From assembly GCA_040260805.1 (NCBI GenBank), contig JBDQPD010000008.1, positions 1 to 51,670 of the forward strand: DNA of 51,670 nt. Direction: 5' to 3'. The stretch comes from Myxococcota bacterium. GTDB lineage: Bacteria; Myxococcota; UBA4151. Both the position numbers and the translations under genes were made by a program. A model generated the notes under the pieces. That model worked only from the letters and a program-made list of their open reading frames with translations. It did no database searches and was not told where the DNA came from. Of this stretch, positions 36,709-45,718 are shown piece after piece (the first letter of the stretch is position 1; each line of letters opens with the position of its first letter).

Positions 36709-37947
36709 GTGCGTACATTTGTTGTTTTAATCTCTGCGTTGAGCCTTTCCACCGCTTGTGCTCCGGATGATTCGGATCCCGCTGCAGACGCAGGACCCCC
36801 AGTGGATGCTGGGCGGCCGCTCAATGCGTTGCCTGCAATCGCCGATTTAGAAGGTGAGACTTGGCGAGAGATTGAACCGGGCGGCGACACGATCTGCTCG
36901 CGCGGCCAGCCCTGGGCTTTCTTCTTTCGCCCCGGCGTGTCCAACAACTTGGTGGTTGAGTTTCAAGGGGGCGGTGCCTGCTGGAACGACCTGACCTGTT
37001 CGGTCGCTGACATGATCTTCAAGGACAACATCGATGACGTGCGCAACGTCGTGCTCGGCGACCCGTGCGCGCAGGACTCGGATTGCGCCGGTGACAATGG
37101 ACAATGCTTGGAGAGCGGGCGTTGTCGCCGAGACGATCCGGAGCAGGGCATTTATGATCACTCGAACGAGAAGAACCCTTTTGCCGGCTGGAACCATCTG
37201 TTCATCCCGTACTGCACGGGTGACATCCATTGGGGCCGCTCGGTCGTCGAATACGGAACGGGCGCTGACTCCTTCCCGCTGAACCATCAGGGCGCGGTCA
37301 ACGCCGAGGTCGCCCTGCGCTGGGCGAAAGAGAACATTCCTCAGCCTGAGACCGTCTTTATTGGGGGTTGCAGCGCTGGCGCTTATGGCTCGATCGGTTG
37401 GGCACCGCACGTGATGCGCGACTATCCGGATTCCAAAGTGATTCAGATGGGCGATTGTGGCGCGGGGATCATCACCGACAGCTTCTTGTCGGATTCGTTC
37501 CCGATCTGGAACGCTTTGGATACGCTTCCGGCGTGGATTGATGCGCTCGACCCTGCGACCATTGATATCAACACCATGGAGCTCAAAGATCTCTACGCCG
37601 AGGTGGGTAAGCACTATGGTGAGCACACGGTCTCTCAGTACAATACAGTCTTCGATAACAACCAGGTCTTCTACTACAACACCATGGGTGGACAAGGTGG
37701 CGAGGAGCAGTGGTCTTCGAAGATGCGCGACCAGATCTATCGGATCAGTCAAGATGCCCCGAACTTCAGGTCGTATATCGCACCTGGCGATGAGCACTGC
37801 ATCGTGCACCGCGACAGCTTCTACACGGTCGACTCCAATGGAGACGGCTCGGGAACCCTGCTGGTCGACTGGATCCAGGAGATGGTCGACGGCACCACCC
37901 CAGAGAGCGTATCGTGCGATGGCTGTGAGCCTGCGCCGCTGCCCTGA
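36709..37947 (+). CDS. Pectinacetylesterase/Notum-family hydrolase lipoprotein
   Basis: AGGAG RBS and GTG; lipobox STAC; FQGGGACW, IPYCTGDIH.G, GCSAGAYG, EHC. Confidence 0.85.
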   Translation: MRTFVVLISALSLSTACAPDDSDPAADAGPPVDAGRPLNALPAIADLEGETWREIEPGGDTICSRGQPWAFFFRPGVSNNLVVEFQGGGACWNDLTCSVADMIFKDNIDDVRNVVLGDPCAQDSDCAGDNGQCLESGRCRRDDPEQGIYDHSNEKNPFAGWNHLFIPYCTGDIHWGRSVVEYGTGADSFPLNHQGAVNAEVALRWAKENIPQPETVFIGGCSAGAYGSIGWAPHVMRDYPDSKVIQMGDCGAGIITDSFLSDSFPIWNALDTLPAWIDALDPATIDINTMELKDLYAEVGKHYGEHTVSQYNTVFDNNQVFYYNTMGGQGGEEQWSSKMRDQIYRISQDAPNFRSYIAPGDEHCIVHRDSFYTVDSNGDGSGTLLVDWIQEMVDGTTPESVSCDGCEPAPLP

Positions 37948-37950
37948 CGC

Positions 37951-39318
37951 TTAGTCGATCACTCGAAGGACGGTCATCATGCCGTCTTCAGCGTGCGGTA
38001 AAATATGACAGTGGCTCATCCAGTCGCCCGGATTGTTGGCGACGATGCGAAGCCTTACTCGTTCGCGAACAGCCAGGTTGATCGTGTCTTCATAGGTCGG
38101 GCTGTCCGGCGCCACGCCGTTGCGGCTGAGCACTTCAAAGCTGTAACCATGCAGATGGTAGGGGTGGTCGGTCGGGCTCAGATTACGCACCTCGATGATC
38201 ACCGTTTGGCCCAGCCTGACCTCGACCGGGGTGATCTGCGGAAAGCGCTTACCGTTGATGTACCAGCGGCCGGTTCGGTCGGAACCGGTAAAGGTCCAGA
38301 CAATGTCTGCATAGCCCGGATCGGGGTGCTGAACCCGCCCTGCTGAGCGCAGCGAAAGCGGCGCAGGAGCGGGTTGAGTGCCTGAGGGGCGGACCTCGAA
38401 AAGAGGCTGAGTCGGACCGAGCGAGTCGCCTCCGTTGAGTGAATAAGGTAGGCTTGAGAGCTGGATTGGCTCCCCACCGGCTAGAAACTCAATCTCGGCT
38501 CGGTCTCCGGGTCCTAAGACTTCATCTTGAGCCCATCTTGCGATCTCTAACGGTCCTTGATCGGTCGCAACCAGACGAGCCGAATCACCATTCAGTTTGA
38601 GGTAACCGTGATTGCTCACGTTGATCATTCGCAGCCGGACTCGCTCGCCAGCCTGGACGTTGAGGTGTCCGGGTGAATGTCCATTCATTAGCCACTGTCG
38701 CTTGAGGCGTGCATGCCCGTGAGCGGGGCCGACCGGCTGAGCTGGGTCCGGCCGAGCTTCAGCGCGGCTGTCCACGATCGCGACGAGGTCATGATCGGCA
38801 GGCTCGTCAGCCGGGTCACGTACAATCAAAGCCCCGAACAACCCACCGTCGACCTGTCCTTCGGTGTTGAAATGCGGGTGGTACCAGAAGGTCCCGGCTT
38901 GGTTGAGTTCGAATCGATAAAGAAAGGTGGCGCCAGGGGCGATCGGACCACGCTGCCAAGGCACGCCGTCCATTGCGTTAGGGACGTGCAGCCCATGCCA
39001 GTGAATGGTCGTTCCGCGGGTGAGCTCATTGACCAACTCAACCTCGAGCGTTTGTCCGAGCTCAGCTTCGATGGTCGGCCCGGGCGTTTGCTCGTTGTAC
39101 GCATACCGAAACCCAGAGGGGTGACCCTCGGGCAGCGCACGAGCCACCAGTCGAAGCCTCAAGACGCCGGGGTTAGGGTCTAAATCGACGGCTGAACGAG
39201 GCTGCTTGAAGGGCTCGTCTAGGATGCGCGATAGGCTATCATCGACCAGCTGAATCGGCGCTTGAGAGCCCTTCGGAGTGCACCCCGTCAAGCAAGCGAA
39301 AAGAGCGATCCATCTCAT
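37951..39318 (-). CDS. Multicopper oxidase (laccase/CueO-like) lipoprotein
   Basis: All four Cu motifs: IHWHG, WYHPH, HPYHLHG, HCHILPHAEDGMM. Start ATG 39318 (MRWIALFACLTGC) overlaps the upstream TGA. Confidence 0.92.
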   Translation of the reverse strand: MRWIALFACLTGCTPKGSQAPIQLVDDSLSRILDEPFKQPRSAVDLDPNPGVLRLRLVARALPEGHPSGFRYAYNEQTPGPTIEAELGQTLEVELVNELTRGTTIHWHGLHVPNAMDGVPWQRGPIAPGATFLYRFELNQAGTFWYHPHFNTEGQVDGGLFGALIVRDPADEPADHDLVAIVDSRAEARPDPAQPVGPAHGHARLKRQWLMNGHSPGHLNVQAGERVRLRMINVSNHGYLKLNGDSARLVATDQGPLEIARWAQDEVLGPGDRAEIEFLAGGEPIQLSSLPYSLNGGDSLGPTQPLFEVRPSGTQPAPAPLSLRSAGRVQHPDPGYADIVWTFTGSDRTGRWYINGKRFPQITPVEVRLGQTVIIEVRNLSPTDHPYHLHGYSFEVLSRNGVAPDSPTYEDTINLAVRERVRLRIVANNPGDWMSHCHILPHAEDGMMTVLRVID

Positions 39319-41393
39319 CGGCGCACCTCGGTCATGACGCGGTCGATCACCGGCCAGTTCTTCTGCGTGGCGGTCGCCCAAAAGAAATTGCGGTGGATGA
39401 GCCTGGCGAACGCCACGGGCTCGTCGCAGGTTGCTCTGAACAGATGGTTTGAGATCCATTCTTGTTGGGGCATTAGGCGGTTGTCGCTGATCAAGTCGGT
39501 CGCTTGAAAGTGCGGAACGCCAATGCTTCCTTGTGCACCTTGAGTCACCCGAGCGAAGGCTGCGCCGGCTTGACCGGCAAGCGTTTGCTGCCCGCGTAAC
39601 AGATAGGCGATGTCCCCTTGAGGTAGCTCGGCGTCGGTGGTGATTCGACCTGCCTCGCTGACCGCGGTGACGGTTCGTACGCCCACCGACTCTTCGACCC
39701 TCAAGCCCTTGTCTTGAGCCGCCCAGTTGTTCGCCCTAAAGGCACCGAAGCCGTCGTAATCTCGGTACGCTCCAGGGCGCCTGATGACCGCGATGCGGTC
39801 ACCGGCTCGAGCCTGCGGCCAACGGCTCCAGTCTTCCTGCTCAGTTCGACGTGAGACGTAGCCAGCGTAACCCGGTAGTACATCACCGCCGATCAGTTCT
39901 TGTGGCGTCTCGTCACATCGGAGTTCGACGCTCAGGAGCACCTGACGCTGAGGCTCACCGGTTGGAAGGGCGTGGCCTGCACCGCTGTTGACTGTCCGTA
40001 GCTGGACCCTCCAATCGGACCCTTGGCGTTCCGTGGCGATGAACAAAGAAGCTGCGAGCTCGAGAAGGCCTGATTCGGGCTGACGCGGTCCGAGCCAGCT
40101 GTGCTGTCGAACGGCTCCAGCTGGACGGTGCCAGCCTGCGACGTAACCGGTTTCAGACTCGGTAAAGAGTTGGTGGTCGGCGGCGTTCAAAACATCAGCA
40201 TCGGGCGGCATGTGACAGGCATTGCAAGCGACGGTGTCGGCATAGGGACTGGCTTTCCATTCCGTGTAGGTCGACTGAATAGGCAGCGCACCATCAGGCC
40301 AACGCTCCGGGTTCGGTGTCGGCATGCCGTGGCTCGCGTTTTGGTCGAGTTGATGACAGCCCATGCAGATTTTACCGCTTCGGAAATGATCACGCTGGAC
40401 TGAGCCCATTCGAACATTTGGCGAGTCGTGGCTCGGCCCAAAGGTCAAGGGTAGATAGCCGCCGGCGCCGAAGGTGATGTCCCCGGCCTCGCTAGGGCGC
40501 AACAGCTTGAGTCGACCAGCGACCCCTGGCTCAGCGTCCTCGACGACGGCTTCGACGCGATGGCAGGCATCACAAAAGACTCCATAGTTGAGGGCGTGCC
40601 CTTGAGCCTCGAGAAGGTCTCTACCTCCCAGTTGCCCGTTGATTCCTGGGGCATGACAGTCGGCGCAGGCTCCTGTCTGCGCTGGGGCTTCCAAGCAGTC
40701 TTGGTCAGCGCAGTCGGGTTGTTCGGTCAAAAACCCTTCACCGATGAAACAACGTTCAGCGCGTCCGCCCGGGGCGCGAGCAGAAGCCCACCGTCCGCCC
40801 TTTGCTTCGCAATCTGACGCGTTGTTTAGTGTATGGCTGGTGCCCGCATAAAGGTCGTGTACGTAAGGATTGCTGGCGCTGCTGCGATGCGGTGATTCGT
40901 ACCACGCATCGTTGATGGTTTGGTGACAGTGCCCGCATTGCGCTGTCGAGGCTCTGCGTGTCGGATCGCCGGGGTCCTGAAACTGATAGTCCAAGTTATC
41001 GCCGTCATCGTAGCGAATCAGATCAATCACAGCGGGATCTTCTCGAGCTTGATCCCAGTCGATCATGCCAACCCGCGCTTTAGGATGTGATGCGATGACC
41101 GCTTTGTCGCCCACAACGGAAGCGTCCAAGGTCAGCGTGACACGGCCAGTGGCATCGGTTCTAAGGTGTTTATCGGTGCCACCTTGCAAGACCACCGCGT
41201 TCGCTACGGGCTCGCCGTCCAGTCGAACCTCAACGACGATCTCTTGCCGAAGCGGTCCAGCGTCTGGCGGAACAGGCATCGCATCCGGTCGCGGCCGAAC
41301 CCGCCGGATGAGTCCGGCGTCCGCTGGGACGGGTTCACCTTGACAGCTGCATCCACTGATCAAGGTGAGTAAAGACAGAGTAATGAAGCGCAT
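39315..41393 (-). CDS. Pentaheme c-type cytochrome lipoprotein
   Basis: Five CxxCH motifs (CGHCH, CADCH, CDACH, CMGCH, CNACH); W..SPH, TYTEW, GH.LPTG motifs; lipobox ISGC; N-terminal carboxypeptidase-regulatory-like segment. Confidence 0.85.
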   Translation of the reverse strand: MRFITLSLLTLISGCSCQGEPVPADAGLIRRVRPRPDAMPVPPDAGPLRQEIVVEVRLDGEPVANAVVLQGGTDKHLRTDATGRVTLTLDASVVGDKAVIASHPKARVGMIDWDQAREDPAVIDLIRYDDGDNLDYQFQDPGDPTRRASTAQCGHCHQTINDAWYESPHRSSASNPYVHDLYAGTSHTLNNASDCEAKGGRWASARAPGGRAERCFIGEGFLTEQPDCADQDCLEAPAQTGACADCHAPGINGQLGGRDLLEAQGHALNYGVFCDACHRVEAVVEDAEPGVAGRLKLLRPSEAGDITFGAGGYLPLTFGPSHDSPNVRMGSVQRDHFRSGKICMGCHQLDQNASHGMPTPNPERWPDGALPIQSTYTEWKASPYADTVACNACHMPPDADVLNAADHQLFTESETGYVAGWHRPAGAVRQHSWLGPRQPESGLLELAASLFIATERQGSDWRVQLRTVNSGAGHALPTGEPQRQVLLSVELRCDETPQELIGGDVLPGYAGYVSRRTEQEDWSRWPQARAGDRIAVIRRPGAYRDYDGFGAFRANNWAAQDKGLRVEESVGVRTVTAVSEAGRITTDAELPQGDIAYLLRGQQTLAGQAGAAFARVTQGAQGSIGVPHFQATDLISDNRLMPQQEWISNHLFRATCDEPVAFARLIHRNFFWATATQKNWPVIDRVMTEVRR

Positions 41394-41488
41394 GGGTCTC
41401 TTTATCCGGCTCTTATCTCATCGGCTCAAGTTACGGTTCGGTCTAGGTCTACCTTGTCGCTGCGGCTAGGCTTTGGCAGGACGTCACT

Positions 41489-42520
41489 ATGTTCGCACGT
41501 TCCTACCTCGAAGCACGTCAAGCCTTTCGCACCGAAGCCCTCGCCGCGGGGGGGGCGCTCCATCAGGTCGTGATCGACGCCGACGCAAGACGAGCGGACG
41601 ATGGTTCGGAACTAACGATCGATACTGCGGTTTTCGGCGAGGGCGAGCGCTGTTTGGTTTTGAGCTCGGGGCTCCATGGAGTTGAGGGCTACACCGGCTC
41701 AGCGGTGCAAAGATTATTGATCGAGTCTGGGCTGCCTGAGGGCTTTCGCGTGGTTTTGATGCATGCACTCAACCCGGTGGGGATGGCTGATTTTCGTCGA
41801 GTGAATGAGAATAATGTCGACCTCAACCGTAATTTTCTAAGCCCCGATGAGGACTATTCGGGCAGCCCAAGCCATTATGCTCGGCTCAATTCTCTGCTCA
41901 ATCCTGTGCGGCCTTTTTCTCACTTAGAGTTCTTGGTGCGCAGTGGGTGGCAGATCGCCCGCCACGGTTACGAACCGTTGAAGCAAGCGATCGCTGGTGG
42001 GCAGTATGATTTTCCAAAGGGGCTTTTTTGGGGTGGTGACCGTTTGCAAGAGGGCCCCCGAAAGCTCCTTGAGGCGATCCCCGGTTGGGTTGGTGATGCG
42101 CACGAGATCACCTGGATTGATCTGCACACTGGATTGGGCGCACCTGGTGAGGCGACTTATCTGGTTGAGGCGCGCAGCGGCTCGGACGCGCATCAGCGCT
42201 TGGTCCAGCAGTTCGGAGATCGAGTTCAGGCTTGGGATGAAGAGGGCGGCGTGGCTTATGCCATTCGGGGCGGGTTTCCGACTGCGCTGGAGCGGCTCTT
42301 TGGCGAACGTTTAGCCATGCTGACCTGTGAATACGGTACCTGTCCGTCGGTAAAGGTCCTGCGCTGCTTGGTCACTGAGAACCAAATTGTTCAGCATGGA
42401 GGCGTGCGCGAGCGGGGCAAACAGGCCTCGAGAACGGCATTTTATCCCGACGAGGCCGAGTGGCAAGACGCCGTGCTTCGGAGCGCTTCAAAGATGATCG
42501 ACTCGCTCAAATCGGGTTGA
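41489..42520 (+). CDS. DUF2817 / M14-like zinc peptidase
   Basis: SGLHGVEG, HALNP.G, RRVNENNVDLNRNF, IDLHTGLG, EYGT. Confidence 0.88.
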   Translation: MFARSYLEARQAFRTEALAAGGALHQVVIDADARRADDGSELTIDTAVFGEGERCLVLSSGLHGVEGYTGSAVQRLLIESGLPEGFRVVLMHALNPVGMADFRRVNENNVDLNRNFLSPDEDYSGSPSHYARLNSLLNPVRPFSHLEFLVRSGWQIARHGYEPLKQAIAGGQYDFPKGLFWGGDRLQEGPRKLLEAIPGWVGDAHEITWIDLHTGLGAPGEATYLVEARSGSDAHQRLVQQFGDRVQAWDEEGGVAYAIRGGFPTALERLFGERLAMLTCEYGTCPSVKVLRCLVTENQIVQHGGVRERGKQASRTAFYPDEAEWQDAVLRSASKMIDSLKSG

Positions 42521-42586
42521 GACCATCCATTACCTTGTGACTCGGCAGCCCTTCAGCTAAAATCTGCCGGCTCAGGGAGCCCATCA

Positions 42587-45500
42587 ATGATTCGTTTTGC
42601 ACCACTGGTTTGCCTACTTGCTGCTTGCTCGCTTCGGAGCGAACCGGTCGCTGCCGATCCCGTGTGCGGGAACGCTTTGATTGAAGCCCAAGAGGCTTGC
42701 GATGATGGAAACACCTCCGACGAGGACGGCTGCTCTTCGCTGTGTCGGCTCACCTTCTGTGGTGACGGGCTCGTGCAGCCTTGGGAGGGATGCGACGACG
42801 GCAACCCCGTCGATACGGATGATTGCTCGAATGTTTGCCGCTCGCCGCGCTGCGGCGATGGCGTGACTCAAGAGGGTGAAGATTGTGATTTAGGGACCTC
42901 GAACAGCGCCACAGGAGCTTGTTCGCCGCTGTGTCGCAACGCCACCTGCGGTGATGGATTTGTTCAGTCCTCAGAGGCTTGTGATGACGGTAACGCCATC
43001 AATAATGATGGCTGTACCAACGCCTGCGCGCTGCCGCGCTGCGGCGACGGCATCGTGCAGCCTTGGGAAGCGTGCGATAACGGAGAAGGCGGCGACGACG
43101 CCGGCGACGGCTGCATCAATTGCCGCGCCGCTCGCTGTGGTGATGGCGCCGTTCAAGGCGATGAGGAGTGTGACGACGGCAACACCCTCAACGATGATGA
43201 GTGCACCATGATGTGTCGACGTCCTGTGTGCGGTGACGGCTACGTTCAAGGCGCAGAAGCCTGTGACGATGGCAACGCCAACAATATGGACACCTGCACC
43301 AGCCAATGCACCGTCGCTGTCTGCGGCGATGGCTACAGGGCACCTTGGGAGGGTTGTGACGACGGCAACCGAGAAGGTGGCGATGGCTGTGACAACAATT
43401 GCCGCAGCGAGGCCTGCGGTAACGGTCAGATCGACGGCGACGAAGCTTGCGATGACGGCAACGAGGTCGACGGCGATGCCTGCACTAGCGCCTGTGAGAT
43501 CGCACGCTGTGGTGACAACATCGTGTGGGAAGGTCGGGAGGCTTGCGACGACGGGAACCAAGACGCCGCCGACAGCTGTTTAAACGATTGCTCGGTGGCT
43601 CGCTGCGGCGATGGCGTCCCCCGTCAAGACATCGCTCAGGGTCAGCCCGGCTACGAAGCTTGCGATGACGGCAATGGGTACAACGGCGACAACTGCACTG
43701 ATGCCTGCGCCGAGGCGCGCTGCGGTGATCAACACGTCGGCCCGGGTGAAGAATGTGATGACGGCAACAACAACGACGCCGATGCCTGCCGGAATGATTG
43801 CGCCGAGGCGCGCTGCGGCGATGGACAGCGACGTAACGATATCCAAGCGGGCCAAGAAGGCTTTGAGGCATGTGACGACGGGAACGATGACGATGGCGAC
43901 AGCTGCGTGGGCGACTGCGTCGTGGCGCGTTGTGGTGACGGCTATGTTCAGCGCGGCGAAGAGTCCTGCGATGACGGTAACCAAGACCAAACCGATGGCT
44001 GTTTGAACAACTGCAGCGCATCAAGATGCGGCGACCAAATCGTTGGCCCCGGTGAGGCTTGTGACGACGGTAATCAGCGCAATGATGATGGCTGCACCAA
44101 CCAGTGCGCTTTGCCGGGTTGCGGCGATGGCTTTGTCCAAGAAAACGAACAATGCGACGACGCCAATCAAGTCAACACCGACGGCTGCTTGAACAGCTGC
44201 TTGAGCGCAGCGTGCGGCGATGGGGTGTTGCGGGGTGATTTAGAGGTTGGAGCCGGCGGATACGAAGCCTGCGATGACGGCAATCAAAGCGACAGTGATG
44301 GCTGCACGAGTGGTTGCCTCGAGGCTCGTTGCGGCGATGGCTACATCCGAGTTGGCGTGGAAGATTGCGATGATCGCAACCCTGCTGACGATGATGCGTG
44401 CACCAACTCGTGCCGCTTTGCGGCTTGCGGCGATGGGGTTCGGCGGACGGATTTAGCTGACGACCACGATGACTACGAAGACTGCGATGACGGGAACCGT
44501 GACGACCGCGACGGATGTCGCTCAAATTGCATCAGCGCCGCCTGCGGCGACGGCATTTTGCGCAACGACATCCAAGAAGGGCAGCCCGGCTATGAGGGTT
44601 GTGATGATGGCAACATCATCGCCACCGATGGCTGCACTCAGTTGTGCCTAGTGGCGCGCTGCGGCGATGGGGTGCTTCGGCAAGGTTTGGAGTCCTGCGA
44701 CGATGGAAACGAGGTCAACACCGATGCGTGCCTCAACAGCTGCACCGTGGCGCGTTGCGGCGATGGCGTCGCACGCTCGGACTTAGAGGTCGGGCAGCAA
44801 GACTATGAGGCCTGCGATGATGGCAACCTAAACCAGCGCGACGCATGCTTAAATCATTGCCAAAGCGCGCGCTGCGGCGATGGCTATGTGCGCTCTGATG
44901 TCGCCGAAGATGATGAAGCCTTTGAAGAGTGTGATGAGGAGCAAAATTGTCAGGACTGTCGCCGCCCGGCTCAAGCCGACGCCGGACCCCAAGACGCTGG
45001 GATGCAGGGTCAAGACACGGGCGTCTTTCAGCGCCCGGATGGTTACTCGGAAGGTCCCCCTGAAGGCGGCTTGCCGGATCTCGGCTTCGCAGAGGCTGGT
45101 CCTTCCGATGCGGGGCCGCCGCCCGATATTGAGAACTTAGTTCGAGATGCAGGCGAGGCGCGCGATTTTGGCTACCTGTTTGAAGCCGGCAACACAGACG
45201 CCTACCAGGTCTATGGTGACGTTGCGCCACCGGGTTGGGACGGTCCTATTCAATACTTCGATGCAGGCCCTCGCCCCGACGCCTTTCAGCCGGACAACCC
45301 GGTCATTCCTGACGTCAATGCGCCTGAGGTCAACGTCGCGATGGACATCGGCAACACCCAGACCAGCATCTGCGATTTGTGGATGTCGGGAATGTTTCAA
45401 AGTTGCGTCAACTGTCACGGGGCTGCAGGTGGTGTAGCGATCAATCATGCCACCCCGCGCACCTTGCATGACAGCTTTGTTAACGTGGCTGGGAACTCCA

Positions 45501-45691
45501 ACCTTGATCTGGTCTCGCCGCGCAACCCGCAAGGGTCCTACCTGTACGCCAAAATGTTGGGGATGCAGGCCTTTGTTCCGGGCGGCGGGGGCGGGCGGAT
45601 GCCGCAAGGTGGTCCGTATTACAGCCAAGAGGACTTGGCGCCTTTGTTGCGCTGGATCAACAGCGATAACTTAGCAGCTTGCCTTCCATAA
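42587..45691 (+). CDS. Lipoprotein with about 23 Myxo Cys-rich repeats and a C-terminal monoheme cytochrome c domain
   Basis: Lipobox LAAC; about 23 CG(D/N)..EACDDGN..D.C...C units; DAG-rich linker; CVNCHG..V.P..P..SYLY.K..RMP..RWI. Confidence 0.85.
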   Translation: MIRFAPLVCLLAACSLRSEPVAADPVCGNALIEAQEACDDGNTSDEDGCSSLCRLTFCGDGLVQPWEGCDDGNPVDTDDCSNVCRSPRCGDGVTQEGEDCDLGTSNSATGACSPLCRNATCGDGFVQSSEACDDGNAINNDGCTNACALPRCGDGIVQPWEACDNGEGGDDAGDGCINCRAARCGDGAVQGDEECDDGNTLNDDECTMMCRRPVCGDGYVQGAEACDDGNANNMDTCTSQCTVAVCGDGYRAPWEGCDDGNREGGDGCDNNCRSEACGNGQIDGDEACDDGNEVDGDACTSACEIARCGDNIVWEGREACDDGNQDAADSCLNDCSVARCGDGVPRQDIAQGQPGYEACDDGNGYNGDNCTDACAEARCGDQHVGPGEECDDGNNNDADACRNDCAEARCGDGQRRNDIQAGQEGFEACDDGNDDDGDSCVGDCVVARCGDGYVQRGEESCDDGNQDQTDGCLNNCSASRCGDQIVGPGEACDDGNQRNDDGCTNQCALPGCGDGFVQENEQCDDANQVNTDGCLNSCLSAACGDGVLRGDLEVGAGGYEACDDGNQSDSDGCTSGCLEARCGDGYIRVGVEDCDDRNPADDDACTNSCRFAACGDGVRRTDLADDHDDYEDCDDGNRDDRDGCRSNCISAACGDGILRNDIQEGQPGYEGCDDGNIIATDGCTQLCLVARCGDGVLRQGLESCDDGNEVNTDACLNSCTVARCGDGVARSDLEVGQQDYEACDDGNLNQRDACLNHCQSARCGDGYVRSDVAEDDEAFEECDEEQNCQDCRRPAQADAGPQDAGMQGQDTGVFQRPDGYSEGPPEGGLPDLGFAEAGPSDAGPPPDIENLVRDAGEARDFGYLFEAGNTDAYQVYGDVAPPGWDGPIQYFDAGPRPDAFQPDNPVIPDVNAPEVNVAMDIGNTQTSICDLWMSGMFQSCVNCHGAAGGVAINHATPRTLHDSFVNVAGNSNLDLVSPRNPQGSYLYAKMLGMQAFVPGGGGGRMPQGGPYYSQEDLAPLLRWINSDNLAACLP

Positions 45692-45718
45692 CAGCTGAAC
45701 TGACGAGTTGGTCGGAGC

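Noticed and set aside
36847..37809. 320-aa antisense ORF
   Set aside because: It lies entirely opposite the well-supported pectinacetylesterase gene and has no recognisable motifs.
42660..44960. Periodic TGCGGCGATGG / TGCGATGACGGCAAC repeats as a possible CRISPR array
   Set aside because: They are degenerate at third codon positions, in frame and encode CGDG/CDDGN; no cas genes are present.
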